Shown: positions 1-9,671, numbered from the stretch's first letter. The stretch is 50,294 nucleotides of DNA from Sedimentisphaerales bacterium (GCA_016930855.1 JAFGFX010000323.1:1-50294), one strand, 5' to 3'. Program-made: numbers and translations. Notes: generated from the letters alone by a model not told the origin.

Positions 1-6
1 GCCGTC

Positions 7-693
7 CTACATCTGCAGGCGGAATTCCATCTCCTGCGACAGCAATATCACCTGATCCTGGGTAATCGATTTAATCGTAAAGGTCGACAGCACCGTATCC
101 CCCTCACAGTAGATCTGGCCGTCGATCAGACAGCGGGACGTGTTCGGCCCCAGGAGGATCGACTGCAACTTCATGGCCTCGGCCTTCCGGGTAAGTTCCT
201 GGCGGAGCTTCTCCTGGCGCTCGGCGGCGTCGTCGACGCTGACGGCCGCCTCCTCCCGGGCCCACAGGCGGGAAAAGGGATCGCGCTGCAATTCCTGGAG
301 CTTGACCTGCTGCTTGGTCGGATACTCATAAAAGGCCTGCACCATCTCCTCGGTATCCTCGAAGAGCTCACGGGACTTCTTCTGCTGATTCTGATCGACC
401 AGCTTGGCCAGGGCCTGGTCCACCTTGGCCTCCATCTCCACCTGCTGGGCGGAGGCCTGCTTCGGCTTCTGCCGCAGGCTGAACAGGTAGATCGTTCCGA
501 CGCCGATCAGGCAGGAGGCCATGAAGATCATGGCGCTGCGGTTGAACCGTTTGTGATCCTTGGGCAGCGAATACGACTGCTCGGCCGCCTCGGCGGCCGC
601 CAGCTCGCTGTCGGTCACCTCCTCCCAGGAATGCTCCTCGACATCCGGATTCGACTGGAAGGGTTCCTTGTTGGGTTGCATTTCGTCCATCAT
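7..693 (-). CDS. PilP-like pilus assembly protein (tentative)
   Basis: Track ORF 7..720 trimmed to the Met at 693, which has AGGAG 9 nt upstream. One hydrophobic helix (MIFMASCLIGVGTIYLF), then a coiled coil. The C-terminal LLGPNTSRCLIDGQIYCEGDTV...FTIKSI resembles PilP/GspC-type beta domains. It lies directly after pilM-pilN-pilO. Confidence 0.4.
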   Translation of the reverse strand: MMDEMQPNKEPFQSNPDVEEHSWEEVTDSELAAAEAAEQSYSLPKDHKRFNRSAMIFMASCLIGVGTIYLFSLRQKPKQASAQQVEMEAKVDQALAKLVDQNQQKKSRELFEDTEEMVQAFYEYPTKQQVKLQELQRDPFSRLWAREEAAVSVDDAAERQEKLRQELTRKAEAMKLQSILLGPNTSRCLIDGQIYCEGDTVLSTFTIKSITQDQVILLSQEMEFRLQM

Positions 694-738
694 GGGTATC
701 CGCTCCTGTATGCCAGGCACCCGTGCCTGCGGAATCGG

Positions 739-1296
739 TTAGGATCGACCCGGCCCGCCGTTGTCCGGATCACGGTCGAAATATATGCTCAAGGCCAGCT
801 CGGCCTTGGTGGTCCCCTCGTTTTCCTTGTCCTTCTCCAGCGTCAACTGGCGCACCTTGGTGATCCGCGGCAGCTTCTCGATATCCAGCAGGAACTGGTA
901 AAAGGCGTTGAAGTCCCCGCCCACCTCCATCTCGATCGGCTGCTCGGAGTAGGCCGCACCGGCGGTCGGCTTGAGGGTGCGAAACATCTTGGTGTCCAGC
1001 CGGTGGCTTTCGGCGATCTTGGTGACCTGTTCCAGCACCCGGTGAATTTCATGATGCTTGGGCAGCTTGGCCTTGAAAAACAGGACGGCCTCCTGCAATT
1101 TGCCCACTTCCTCGTTGAGATCCTTGATCCCCACCAGGGCCTTTTGCAGGCTGGCCAGCTTCTGGGCCTTGGCCTCGATCTCGCAGCGCTGGACCTCCAT
1201 CCGCTCGTTGGCGGGCTTAAAGATCCACCAGTACGCCCCCAGGGGAATGGCCACCAGAAGCAGCACGAACAACAATTCACGAAATCCGATCTTCAT
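739..1296 (-). CDS. pilO: type IV pilus assembly protein PilO
   Basis: 185 aa with an N-terminal TM helix (LLFVLLLVAIPLGAYWWIF) and a coiled coil. AAGGAA RBS. Follows pilM-pilN. Confidence 0.65.
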   Translation of the reverse strand: MKIGFRELLFVLLLVAIPLGAYWWIFKPANERMEVQRCEIEAKAQKLASLQKALVGIKDLNEEVGKLQEAVLFFKAKLPKHHEIHRVLEQVTKIAESHRLDTKMFRTLKPTAGAAYSEQPIEMEVGGDFNAFYQFLLDIEKLPRITKVRQLTLEKDKENEGTTKAELALSIYFDRDPDNGGPGRS

Positions 1297-1365
1297 AATA
1301 TATTCCTTTGTTCCCTGTGCCGCCGACGGCAGCGGGCCGCCGCGATGCCAAACGGCGGCGGGAGG

Positions 1366-2088
1366 TTACATGCCCCGCACGCTGATTTTCCGGGCCCGCT
1401 CGACGTCCTGCTCGCTGGCACGGGCCTCCGGATCAAGCAGGAGGTCCAGCTTGAACTGGCGGACCATCTCCTCTTCCACCTCGTGCTCCTCGGAATAGAG
1501 CAGATTCACCTGCCGAAAGAGGGGTGAACGGTCCAGATTGGCGATGAATTCCGCCACCTGCATGTCCGTCGGCGCCAGGCCGGTGATCTCGATGGTCGTA
1601 TCCCACTGCAGCGGCTCGACCGCCTGCTTGGCATCGCTCGGGCCGGCGGCGGCGGCCGGAGCCGCCTTCTTGTTGCGGGAGCGGGCGGACTTGCCCTTGG
1701 TGTAGGTCGGCTGCGCCTTGATCTCCTTGCTGACCAGCTTGAACTCGGTCAGCGACACCCCGGCGGGCAGATCGTTCGTGGCGGTCGCCAGCAGCAGGGA
1801 GCGCGGGACCGGCTCCATCAGGGAAGCGCTGATCGTCGCCTTCTGGATCATTTCCATGCGCTTGCCCTCGAGCACCTCGAGCTGCTTGAGCGCTTCACTG
1901 GCCTTTTGCATCTTCTCGGTGACATCGCGGACGCGGGCGTCGATGCGCCCCTGTCGCTGTTCGGTAATGGCAAACCCGCAGCCAACGCCGGCCAGCACCA
2001 CCAGGAACAGGGCCAGGCAGATGATGTTCGCCCGCTGCTGGGCCTTTTTCTCGATATAATCCTCAGGTAAAAAATCCACCTTTTTCAT
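1366..2088 (-). CDS. pilN: type IV pilus assembly protein PilN
   Basis: Track ORF 1366..2427 trimmed to the Met at 2088 (MKKVDFLPEDYIEKK). AGGAG lies upstream, and the start is 14 nt after the pilM stop. Single TM helix plus coiled coil. The 113 upstream codons are Arg/Pro/Gly-rich read-through that overlaps pilM. Confidence 0.7.
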   Translation of the reverse strand: MKKVDFLPEDYIEKKAQQRANIICLALFLVVLAGVGCGFAITEQRQGRIDARVRDVTEKMQKASEALKQLEVLEGKRMEMIQKATISASLMEPVPRSLLLATATNDLPAGVSLTEFKLVSKEIKAQPTYTKGKSARSRNKKAAPAAAAGPSDAKQAVEPLQWDTTIEITGLAPTDMQVAEFIANLDRSPLFRQVNLLYSEEHEVEEEMVRQFKLDLLLDPEARASEQDVERARKISVRGM

Positions 2089-2102
2089 GATTGCTCCTGC
2101 CT

Positions 2103-3308
2103 TCAGCGGGAAGGATTCCCGCTCAAACTCAATCCGAAGGCGACCGCCCATTCGCAGTGGCGGCCGGTGGTCTCCAGATCGCTGTGCTTGCCGAAACGGC
2201 TCTCGGCCTTGATCCGGGAGATGGGATCGCCCAGCTGGGCCGGCAATCCCAACCGGCGGGCGATTGTCTGGCACAGGTCGGTGTTCTTGGCCTGGCCGCC
2301 GACGAAAATCACCTTCTCGACGCACTGGGTGTCGAACATCAGGTCGTGATAGCGAACGCAGCTGCGGATCTCCTCGCAGAGATTGCGCAGGACGGCCGAG
2401 ACCGCCGCGGCGGCGTCGACCGCGCACTCGTCGTCAGGCGGCGGGGCGTTGATCACCGAGGTCGCCGCCCCGGCGGGACGGGCCTTCGCCTCGCCCGGCC
2501 GCTGGTCGGCTTCGCCGTCGTCCGCCCGCGTGGCCGCCGGCGGCGCCGCGCGTTCGCCGGCCGAAATCTTCATCTCCCACAGCCGCCCGGCCGCCTCGGC
2601 GTAGGGGATGTGCATCCGTTCGCAGAGGGCCCGGATCATGTGTTCGGCGGCGATCCCCACGGTGCGGTAAAACACCATCTGCGTGCCGTGCATGATCATG
2701 ACCTTCGTGCAGCTATGCCCGAGATCGAGAAACATGGTCCCGCCGGAGGCCTCCGGGCTCTGCTTGAGCAGGTTCGCGAAACAGCTCGACAGGGCGCACG
2801 GTTCCACATTGATGCGCTCGATCTGGATCTTGGTCCGCTCGATAAAGCTCAGGTGCTGCCGGACCACGCTGTCGCTGGCGGCCATGAGGATCACCTCCAG
2901 CTTGCTGTCCGAGCCGTCGTAGACCTCGCCCGCCACGATATGGCGCAGCCGGGCGCGGTGAATGTCAAAGGGCACCTTGCCCTGGGCCTCCCAGGGAAGG
3001 GCCTTTTCCAGTTGATTGTCGTCCATCTTGGCCACCCGCAGATGCTGAACCAGGATCTCCCGCGCCGGCAGGCAGGTCACCACGCGATTGGCCTTGAAAG
3101 GCTTGTTGGACAATATGTCCCGAACGGTTTGCACGTACCACTCCTGGAGCGAGGATGGATTATGGCAGACCTCGCACGGCACCTCCGCCCGGGCGGCGGC
3201 GATCAGACCCAGACCCTCGCCGTCCTCGGTCAGCTGCACCATCTTGAGACTGCTGGCGCCGAGGTCCACACCGATCGGATATACCTTATGTCGAAAAAAG
3301 CCGAGCAT
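2103..3308 (-). CDS. pilM: type IV pilus assembly protein PilM (actin-like ATPase fold)
   Basis: 401 aa with IGVDLGASSLKMVQL and FLDLGHSCTKV phosphate-binding-type motifs. Contains an Ala/Pro/Asp-rich insertion of about 45 aa. Confidence 0.85.
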   Translation of the reverse strand: MLGFFRHKVYPIGVDLGASSLKMVQLTEDGEGLGLIAAARAEVPCEVCHNPSSLQEWYVQTVRDILSNKPFKANRVVTCLPAREILVQHLRVAKMDDNQLEKALPWEAQGKVPFDIHRARLRHIVAGEVYDGSDSKLEVILMAASDSVVRQHLSFIERTKIQIERINVEPCALSSCFANLLKQSPEASGGTMFLDLGHSCTKVMIMHGTQMVFYRTVGIAAEHMIRALCERMHIPYAEAAGRLWEMKISAGERAAPPAATRADDGEADQRPGEAKARPAGAATSVINAPPPDDECAVDAAAAVSAVLRNLCEEIRSCVRYHDLMFDTQCVEKVIFVGGQAKNTDLCQTIARRLGLPAQLGDPISRIKAESRFGKHSDLETTGRHCEWAVAFGLSLSGNPSR

Positions 3309-3395
3309 GCCGCCCCTGCCTCCTTCCCCCTGGTCTCGAGTGCTTTTCCTTTCCTATTAACGGGTGACGATACGCCTAATGTTACGTCCTTTTAA

Positions 3396-3425
3396 AAGAT
3401 AGAATACGATTGCCGGCCGGGTCAA
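3396..3425 (-). promoter_or_regulatory. candidate sigma70-type promoter for pilM (TTGACC-N18-TATCTT)
   Basis: Read on the minus strand: TTGACC at 3425..3420 and TATCTT at 3401..3396, about 90 nt upstream of the pilM ATG. Motif match only. Confidence 0.25.
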
Positions 3426-3667
3426 ACGCCTTACCCAGATTCCCTCGTCATATCCAGTTCATCCGATCCTTCCGGTCCGCCATAACCGGCAGCAATTGAC
3501 CACGAGCCATAGTCGTCACAACCGCGCAAGTCCTCCCGCCGGCAAATCATCGCGGGCCGGACCGATAAAATCCACCCCTCGAGAGGGCACGGCGGCCCCC
3601 GCCGGATTTGGGCGTTTGGCGCCGGCGGAATCCGCTTGGATCGCGCCGGCGCCGGTGAAGTTCGCCA

Positions 3668-3697
3668 TTGAGTTCGGCCGGCCGGCTCGGATATAAT
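3668..3697 (+). promoter_or_regulatory. candidate sigma70-type promoter for folP (TTGAGT-N18-TATAAT)
   Basis: Perfect TATAAT at 3692..3697 and TTGAGT at 3668..3673, about 115 nt upstream of the folP ATG. Confidence 0.3.
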
Positions 3698-3810
3698 CAG
3701 ACCCGGGCGCCACTCCGGCGGGAAGATCGCTTGCGGCGGGCGGGACCGCTTCCCGCAGATTCGCCGCCTCGGGAGGGAAACCAGACGTTTACCTGGCGAG
3801 ATTCGATACG

Positions 3811-4656
3811 ATGAAAACCTTTCGCCTATCCTGCCGGAACACCATACTGGAGCTGGGCGGCGCCCCGCTAATCATGGGAATCCTCAACGTCACGCCGGAC
3901 TCCTTCAGCGACGGCGATGAGTACCTGGAGCCCGCCGCCGCCGTGCGCCACGGCCTGGACATGGTCGACCAGGGCGCGGACATCATCGACGTCGGCGGCG
4001 AATCCACGCGCCCCGCCTCCGAGCCGGTGACCGCCGACGAACAGATCCGCCGCGTCGGGCCGGTCATCTGGACGCTGTCCCGACAGACGGACGTGCCCAT
4101 CAGCATCGACACGACCGACAGCCGGGTGGCCGAGGCGGCCCTGGAGGCGGGCGCCTCGATCATCAATGACGTGTCCGCCCTGCGCCGGGACCCGGCCATG
4201 GCCGAGCTGGCCCGTCAATGCCAGGCGCCGGTGATCCTGATGCACATGCTGGGCACGCCGCAAACCATGCAGGACCAGCCGACCTACGATGACGTGGTGC
4301 AGGACATCATGCGATTCCTGGCCGAGCGCATGGCCTTCGCGGCGGCGGCCGGCATCGAGCCGGCGAACATCGTCTTGGACCCGGGCCTGGGATTCGGCAA
4401 GACGCCCAAACACAATCTGACGATCCTCCGGCATCTGCACCGGTTCCACGAGCTGGGGCCCCCCCTGCTGGTCGGGCCGAGCCGCAAATCGTTCATCGGC
4501 AAGGTGCTGGAGATCGACTCGCCCCGCCAGCGGATCTTCGGCACGGCGGCGGCGGTGGCCACCTGCGCCGCCGCCGGAGCGCAGATTATCAGGGTGCACG
4601 ACGTGCGGGCCATGCGCCAGGTGGCCCTGCTCGCCGCCGCCATCCAAAACGCCTGA
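3811..4656 (+). CDS. folP: dihydropteroate synthase
   Basis: 281 aa. GILNVTPDSFSDGD and DIIDVGGESTRP motifs, and a pterin-binding-type C-terminus (RVHDV). Confidence 0.93.
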   Translation: MKTFRLSCRNTILELGGAPLIMGILNVTPDSFSDGDEYLEPAAAVRHGLDMVDQGADIIDVGGESTRPASEPVTADEQIRRVGPVIWTLSRQTDVPISIDTTDSRVAEAALEAGASIINDVSALRRDPAMAELARQCQAPVILMHMLGTPQTMQDQPTYDDVVQDIMRFLAERMAFAAAAGIEPANIVLDPGLGFGKTPKHNLTILRHLHRFHELGPPLLVGPSRKSFIGKVLEIDSPRQRIFGTAAAVATCAAAGAQIIRVHDVRAMRQVALLAAAIQNA

Positions 4657-4812
4657 ACGCCGGCGGGCACGTCAGCGGACGCTCAGCCGCCAAGCGCCGC
4701 CACCGGCGGCAAAAGAACGTTGATCGCATCGGCTGGTGCCCCTATACTGATCCCCGTTCCTGGATGCGGCGGTAGATAACGCAGGTACAGACGATCGAGG
4801 GCGAAAAAGAAC

Positions 4813-6198
4813 ATGACTCAGAAATACCAGACGGTAATCATCGGCGCCGGACCCGGCGGGTATGTGGCCGCCTTGCGGCTGGGCCAGGCCAAACAGAAAG
4901 TGGCCCTCATCGAGAATCGCCAACTGGGCGGGACCTGCCTGAACCGGGGCTGCATCCCCACCAAGGCCCTGCTGCACAGCAGCGAGATCGCCCATCACAT
5001 CCGGCACGCCGGGGAGCACGGCCTACGCGCCGGCGATCTGCAAGTCGATCTGCCGGCGATGATGCGGCGCAAGGACCAGGTCGTCGAGAAGCTGCGGGGC
5101 GGCGTCGGCATGCTGCTCAAGGGCCGCCAGGTCGATGTCTATCCGGGCACGGGTGCGCTAGCCGGCCCGCACCAGGTGGACGTCCGCTGGGAAAACGGCG
5201 ACCGGCAAGTGCTGGAAGCCGAACACATCGTGATCGCCACCGGCAGTGAACCGATCGTGCCGGCGGCCTTCCCCGCCGACCGCGGCCGGGTGATGACCAG
5301 CGACGAGATCCTCAACCTGCAGGCCTTGCCCAAATCCCTCTTAATTGTGGGCGGCGGCTACATCGGCTGCGAATTCGCCACCGTATTCAGCGAGCTGGGC
5401 TGCCAGGTCACGATCGTGGAAATGCTGGACCGGCTGCTGGTCCAGTGCGATGGGGACATCTCCCAGATGCTGGCCCGCCAGTTCAAAAAGGCCCACTTGG
5501 CGGTCCACTGCAGTACGGCCGTGGACAAACTCGAGGTGACCGAATCCGGCGTCCGGGCGACACTGGCCGGCTCCAACGTCGTGGAGGCCGATTTGGCCCT
5601 GGTCTGCACGGGCCGGCGGCCGCGTAGCGGCAATCTGGGACTGCAAGCAGCCGGCGTCAAGACCGACAACAAGGGATTGATCCCCATCGACGCCCAGTGC
5701 CGCACGAACGTGAAGAACATCTTCGCCATCGGGGACGTCACCGGCAAGGTGCAACTGGCCCACGTCGCCAGCCGGCAGGCGGCCGTGGCGGCCCATACGA
5801 TCCTAGGCCAACCGGACAGCGAAGATTACGCCGTCATCCCCTCGGCCATCTACACCCATCCAGAGATCGCCCAGGTGGGCCTGACCGAGCAGCAGGCCCG
5901 CGAACGTTCGCTCGAGGTCCGCTCGGCCAAGTTCCCCCTCTCGGCCAGCGGCATGGCCCTGGCCTACGGCCAGACGGCCGGTTTCGTCAAGATCGTGGCC
6001 AACGCCGAGGACGAGATCGTCGGGGCCCACCTGATGTGCCCGCATGCGTCGGACCTGGTCCAGGAGATCGCGGTGCTGATGAAATCCGAATGCACCCTGC
6101 ACGAGCTGGAAGCGACCATCCACGGCCATCCCACGTTCGCCGAGGCCCTGGCCGAGACCGCCGAGGCCCTGCTGGGCAGGCCCCTGCACGCCGGCTGA
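4813..6198 (+). CDS. lpdA: dihydrolipoyl dehydrogenase (E3)
   Basis: 461 aa. GAGPGGY FAD motif, redox-active GGTCLNRGCIPTK disulfide, GGGYIGCEF NAD motif, and C-terminal HGHPTFAE His-Glu pair. Confidence 0.88.
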   Translation: MTQKYQTVIIGAGPGGYVAALRLGQAKQKVALIENRQLGGTCLNRGCIPTKALLHSSEIAHHIRHAGEHGLRAGDLQVDLPAMMRRKDQVVEKLRGGVGMLLKGRQVDVYPGTGALAGPHQVDVRWENGDRQVLEAEHIVIATGSEPIVPAAFPADRGRVMTSDEILNLQALPKSLLIVGGGYIGCEFATVFSELGCQVTIVEMLDRLLVQCDGDISQMLARQFKKAHLAVHCSTAVDKLEVTESGVRATLAGSNVVEADLALVCTGRRPRSGNLGLQAAGVKTDNKGLIPIDAQCRTNVKNIFAIGDVTGKVQLAHVASRQAAVAAHTILGQPDSEDYAVIPSAIYTHPEIAQVGLTEQQARERSLEVRSAKFPLSASGMALAYGQTAGFVKIVANAEDEIVGAHLMCPHASDLVQEIAVLMKSECTLHELEATIHGHPTFAEALAETAEALLGRPLHAG

Positions 6199-6295
6199 TC
6201 CGCGCCGCGGGATCGTGGGGCGAAAGGCCTGCCAAACGTGTCAGTCTACGCTTGAAGGCGTCCGTGCCGCAGGATCGTGAGGCGAATTTAGGGGC

Positions 6296-6362
6296 TCTAA
6301 CAAAACTATGTCATTCCCGCGAAAGCGGGAATCCAGAATTCAGGTTAGGAAGTTTTGTTAGA
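6296..6362. repeat. nested-palindrome REP/MITE-like element
   Basis: 12-bp terminal inverted repeats TCTAACAAAACT (6296..6307) and AGTTTTGTTAGA (6351..6362) enclose the hairpin ATTCCCGC-GAAA-GCGGGAAT (6313..6332). Lies in the convergent lpdA/folD gap. Confidence 0.5.
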
Positions 6363-6517
6363 ATGCCTTAGTCTTGCGTACCTACCATCCCCCCTGTTAT
6401 TCAAAACCCATGAAGAATCCACACCCTAGAACGAAGCCGGTATGCGCAAATTATTCGCACCTTCTATAACCGCACGCCCTCTCCTATCCGCGCAGGATTC
6501 GCAAGAAGAATCGCCCC

Positions 6518-7399
6518 TCAGGAAGCCGACCGCTGGGCGGCCTGCAGGGTGTTGAGCATCAGCATGGTGATCGTCATCGGTCCGACCCCGCCGGGCACGG
6601 GCGTGATGGCGGAGGCGACCTCCCGCACGGCGTCGAAATCGACGTCGCCGACCAGCCTGCGCTTGCCCTGCTCGGTGCGGCCGATCTCGTTGACGCCGAC
6701 GTCGATGACCACGGCGCCCGGCTTGACCATCTCGGCGGTGATCGCCCGGGGCCGGCCGGCCGCCACGATCAGGATGTCGGCGCGGCGGGTGTGCGCGGCC
6801 AGGTCGCGGGTGCGGGTGTGGCAGACGGTCACCGTGGCGTTGGCCCCGGCGGCCTTCTGCAGCAGGATGTTGGCGATGGGTTTGCCGACGATGTTAGAGC
6901 GGCCGACGATGACGACGTCGGCGCCCTCGGTGGGGATCCCGCAGCGCACCAGCATCTGCTGGATGCCGTAGGGCGTGCAGGGCAGAAAGGCGGGTTTGCC
7001 GATCACCATCCGGCCCACGTTCACCGGATGAAAGCCATCAACATCCTTGTCGGGGTCGATGGCGTAGAGAATCCGGGACTCCTCGATGGCCCCGGGCAGC
7101 GGTAGCTGCACCAGGATCCCGTGGACGGCCGGATCCCGATTGTAGCGGCCCACCAGCTCCAGCAGCTCGTCCTCGCGGATATCGGCGGGCAGGATTTCCT
7201 GGAGGGAATGGAATCCCAGCTCGCCGGCCGTCTTCTGCTTGGCGCGGACGTAGCTCTGCGAGGCGGGGTCCTCGCCCGCCAAAATGGTCACCAGGCCCGG
7301 CACGATCCCCCGCTGCGCCTGCAACTGCTCGGCCTGCTGACGGATCTCGGTGCGGATCTGGGCGGCAATCTGGCTGCCTTGAATCAACCGTGCCGACAT
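6518..7399 (-). CDS. folD: bifunctional methylenetetrahydrofolate dehydrogenase/cyclohydrolase
   Basis: Track ORF trimmed to the Met at 7399 (MSARLIQGSQIAAQIR), which has a GGAGG RBS. YVRAKQK, VQLPLP and GRSNIVGKPIA motifs. Confidence 0.9.
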   Translation of the reverse strand: MSARLIQGSQIAAQIRTEIRQQAEQLQAQRGIVPGLVTILAGEDPASQSYVRAKQKTAGELGFHSLQEILPADIREDELLELVGRYNRDPAVHGILVQLPLPGAIEESRILYAIDPDKDVDGFHPVNVGRMVIGKPAFLPCTPYGIQQMLVRCGIPTEGADVVIVGRSNIVGKPIANILLQKAAGANATVTVCHTRTRDLAAHTRRADILIVAAGRPRAITAEMVKPGAVVIDVGVNEIGRTEQGKRRLVGDVDFDAVREVASAITPVPGGVGPMTITMLMLNTLQAAQRSAS

Positions 7400-7626
7400 G
7401 GCCACCTCCAATCTAATGAGTTCCGAGTCCCCAAGATGCCCCTGGACTCCAACCGCCTCATGGTAGCAGCTTGGCAGGTCGTTTCCAGGGAAAATTCTCG
7501 AAGCGGAACGCAGCCAATATATTCTCGGTATGGCCGCCGAGAGGGAGAATCTATCCATCGAGGGAAAGGATTTTCGCCGGGCAGGAACGGCCGCAGCGGC
7601 CGTTGTGGCCCTCTCGGAGGGCCGTC

Positions 7627-8637
7627 TTACGCCGGGCAGAGGGCGACGGCGTTGCGTCCGTTTTGCTTGACCTGATAGAGGGCCTGGTCGGCCAGTTCGA
7701 TCAGATGCTGGGCACTGCGCGGGGCATGCAGATGGACGGTGGCGATGCCGATGCTCAGGCGGCAGCGCAGCGATTCCGAGACAGCCAGGGCGCTGTTGTC
7801 GTCATCGGCCTGACCGCCGATCCGGGAGGCGATCACCCGATCGGCTTCCCGGGCGAACAGCAGGCGAATCCGCTCGGCGATCGCCCGGGCGTGCTTTTCG
7901 GAGCAGTGGGCCAGCAACAGGACGAACTCGTCCCCGCCGTAGCGGGCGGCGACGTCGTCGGGACGGATCGAGGCCCGCAGCAACTGACCGGCGAAGGCAA
8001 TCACGGCGTCCCCGACCGGGTGGCCGAGGCGATCGTTGACGGTCTTGAAGTTGTCGATATCGATGATCAGGCAGGCCAGATCGTCCGGCCCCGCCTTGGC
8101 CTGTTCGAACAGGCAGCTGAGCTGTTCGAAAAAATACGGTCGATTCGCCAGGCCGCTCAAGTCGTCGGTGCAGGCGGCCCGTTCCAGCCGCCGCATGTTG
8201 GTCCGATACCGGCGGGTCCGCTCATCCAGGTTCTGCTCCTGGCGCAGATTGACGCGGTCCAGGTCCAGTCGGCTGTCGTGCAGGGCGTGATAGAGGCGGT
8301 TGTATTCCCGGGTGAGTTGTCCGATAACGTCGTGCCGGCGGGTGACGAAGGGCTCCGAACGCCGGCCGTGGCGCAGGTCCCGGATCTCGGCCAGCAGTTG
8401 TTCCAGGGGCATCAGGAACCGCCAGCGGCCCCACAGCCAGGCCGCCATGAGACTGCTGCAGCCAACCAGGGCGAAAACCAGCAGCAGATTGGACCGATGC
8501 CAGACGCTGAACCGGCGGCGGGCCCAATATTCACAGAACAGCATCCCCACCGCAAACAACGCCAATACCGCCAAAACACAGAAGGTCGACAGGCGATACG
8601 GCAGCGGCAACCGTTTGTCCGACGCGCGCTGCTTCAT
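7627..8637 (-). CDS. membrane diguanylate cyclase (2 TM, HAMP-like, GGDEF)
   Basis: Track ORF 7627..9108 trimmed to the Met at 8637 (MKQRASDK). Two hydrophobic helices and a HAMP-like linker. The active site RYGGDEF is preceded by an RPDD I-site (RxxD five residues upstream). Confidence 0.85.
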   Translation of the reverse strand: MKQRASDKRLPLPYRLSTFCVLAVLALFAVGMLFCEYWARRRFSVWHRSNLLLVFALVGCSSLMAAWLWGRWRFLMPLEQLLAEIRDLRHGRRSEPFVTRRHDVIGQLTREYNRLYHALHDSRLDLDRVNLRQEQNLDERTRRYRTNMRRLERAACTDDLSGLANRPYFFEQLSCLFEQAKAGPDDLACLIIDIDNFKTVNDRLGHPVGDAVIAFAGQLLRASIRPDDVAARYGGDEFVLLLAHCSEKHARAIAERIRLLFAREADRVIASRIGGQADDDNSALAVSESLRCRLSIGIATVHLHAPRSAQHLIELADQALYQVKQNGRNAVALCPA

Positions 8638-8771
8638 GATACCAAAACATAAAATACAACGGCGAACCAGGTATGGGTAAAATCGGATAATATGAATCCG
8701 GCTATTACCTTTGCACGGCACAAAATCCCCCGCGGCGCCGTAAGAAGGGTAAGATGCAACCGTTGTAGCGG

Positions 8772-9671
8772 TTAGCCGGGCCAGTCGCCCTCGAAGACCG
8801 CCACGGCCGGCCCGACCAGGTAGACGTGGTTGTCCTGCTCGTCCCAGCAAAGCCGCAGGTCGCCGCCCGGCAGATGGGCAAGCAATCCGCGGCCGGTCTT
8901 GCTGGCCAGAACCCCGGCCACGCACACGGCGGCCGCCCCTGTCCCGCAGGCCAGGGTGATCCCGGAGCCGCGCTCCCAGGTCCGCATCCGGACCTCGTCT
9001 TGGGCCAGCGGCTGGACGAAATGCACGTTGGTCCGCTGGGGAAACAGAGGATGGTTCTCCAGCGGAGGTCCGATATGCTCCAGGTCGATCTGGTCCACAT
9101 CCGGGCAAAAGAAGATCGCGTGGGGATTGCCCATCGAGACGGCGGTCAACAGCAGGTGCCGATCCGCCACGTCCAGGGGGATGCCCACCGCCTGCTGGCC
9201 GGTGACCCGCACCGGGATATCCGTCGGCAGCAGGATCGGTTCACCCATGTCCAGGCCGACCTGATGGACCCGGCCCTGCTCGATGGCCAGGTAGGCGGTC
9301 AACACGCCGCGGCCGGTCTCCACGCGGATCTCGCGGCAGGAATCCGCCCGGGGCGCCGCCCGACCGAGCAGATTGTTTCCCGGCGATTGGCGGCAGGGCC
9401 CACCGGCCGCACGTTCATGCTCCCAGGCATACTTGGCCAGGCAGCGCAGCCCGTTGCCGCACATCTGGGCCTCCGAACCATCGGCGTTGAACATCCGCAT
9501 CCGGACATCCGCCGTCCGGGAGGGCAAGATGAGGATCAGGCCGTCCGAGCCCACGCCGAAGTGGCGGTCGCTGATCGCGGCGGCCAGGGCCGCCGGATCG
9601 TCCACGGTCTGCTCGAAGCCGTCGATGTAGATGTAATCGTTGCCCAAGCCGTGCATCTTGGTGAAATGCAT
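8772..9671 (-). CDS. dapF: diaminopimelate epimerase
   Basis: Trimmed to the Met at 9671 (MHFTKMHGLGNDYIYID), which has an AGGAG RBS. Catalytic Cys motifs MCGNGLRC and ACGTGAAA. Carries an insertion of about 20 aa (AAGGPCRQSPGNNLLGRAAPRADS). Confidence 0.9.
   Translation of the reverse strand: MHFTKMHGLGNDYIYIDGFEQTVDDPAALAAAISDRHFGVGSDGLILILPSRTADVRMRMFNADGSEAQMCGNGLRCLAKYAWEHERAAGGPCRQSPGNNLLGRAAPRADSCREIRVETGRGVLTAYLAIEQGRVHQVGLDMGEPILLPTDIPVRVTGQQAVGIPLDVADRHLLLTAVSMGNPHAIFFCPDVDQIDLEHIGPPLENHPLFPQRTNVHFVQPLAQDEVRMRTWERGSGITLACGTGAAAVCVAGVLASKTGRGLLAHLPGGDLRLCWDEQDNHVYLVGPAVAVFEGDWPG

Noticed and set aside
1336-1352. Sigma54-like TTTGGCATCGCGGCGGC on the minus strand upstream of pilO.
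   Set aside because: The GG/GC spacing is right and the -24 half (TGGCAT) is fair, but the -12 half is CGGC rather than TTGC. GC-rich DNA gives many such chance matches.
1366-2427. N-terminal extensions of track ORFs: pilN 1366..2427, folD 6518..7558, cyclase 7627..9108, dapF 8772..9713, flgD 25746..26774 and the response regulator 36688..38256.
   Set aside because: The extensions are Arg/Pro/Gly-rich, overlap the upstream gene or intergenic DNA, and lack an RBS. In each case an internal Met preceded by a GGAG-type RBS begins the recognisable family sequence.
3543-3568. Sigma28-like motif CAAA-N14-ACCGATAA on the plus strand in the pilM/folP intergenic region.
   Set aside because: The -35 is poor and the spacer is one nt short. 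It lies upstream of a better sigma70-type folP promoter. The only thing downstream is a short GC hairpin (CGGCGG-CCC-CCGCCG). A tiny sRNA cannot be excluded, but I cannot support one.
5697-6371. 224-aa plus-strand ORF running from inside lpdA into the intergenic repeat.
   Set aside because: It is an alternate frame of lpdA with Arg/Gly/Pro-rich composition. Its tail (HSRESGNPE) is just the translated hairpin of the REP-like element.
7586-7604. Hairpin AACGGCCG-CAG-CGGCCGTT just after the membrane cyclase stop, considered as a possible terminator.
   Set aside because: The 8-bp stem has only a 3-nt loop, and no U-tract follows in the relevant (minus) RNA. This is too weak to call.
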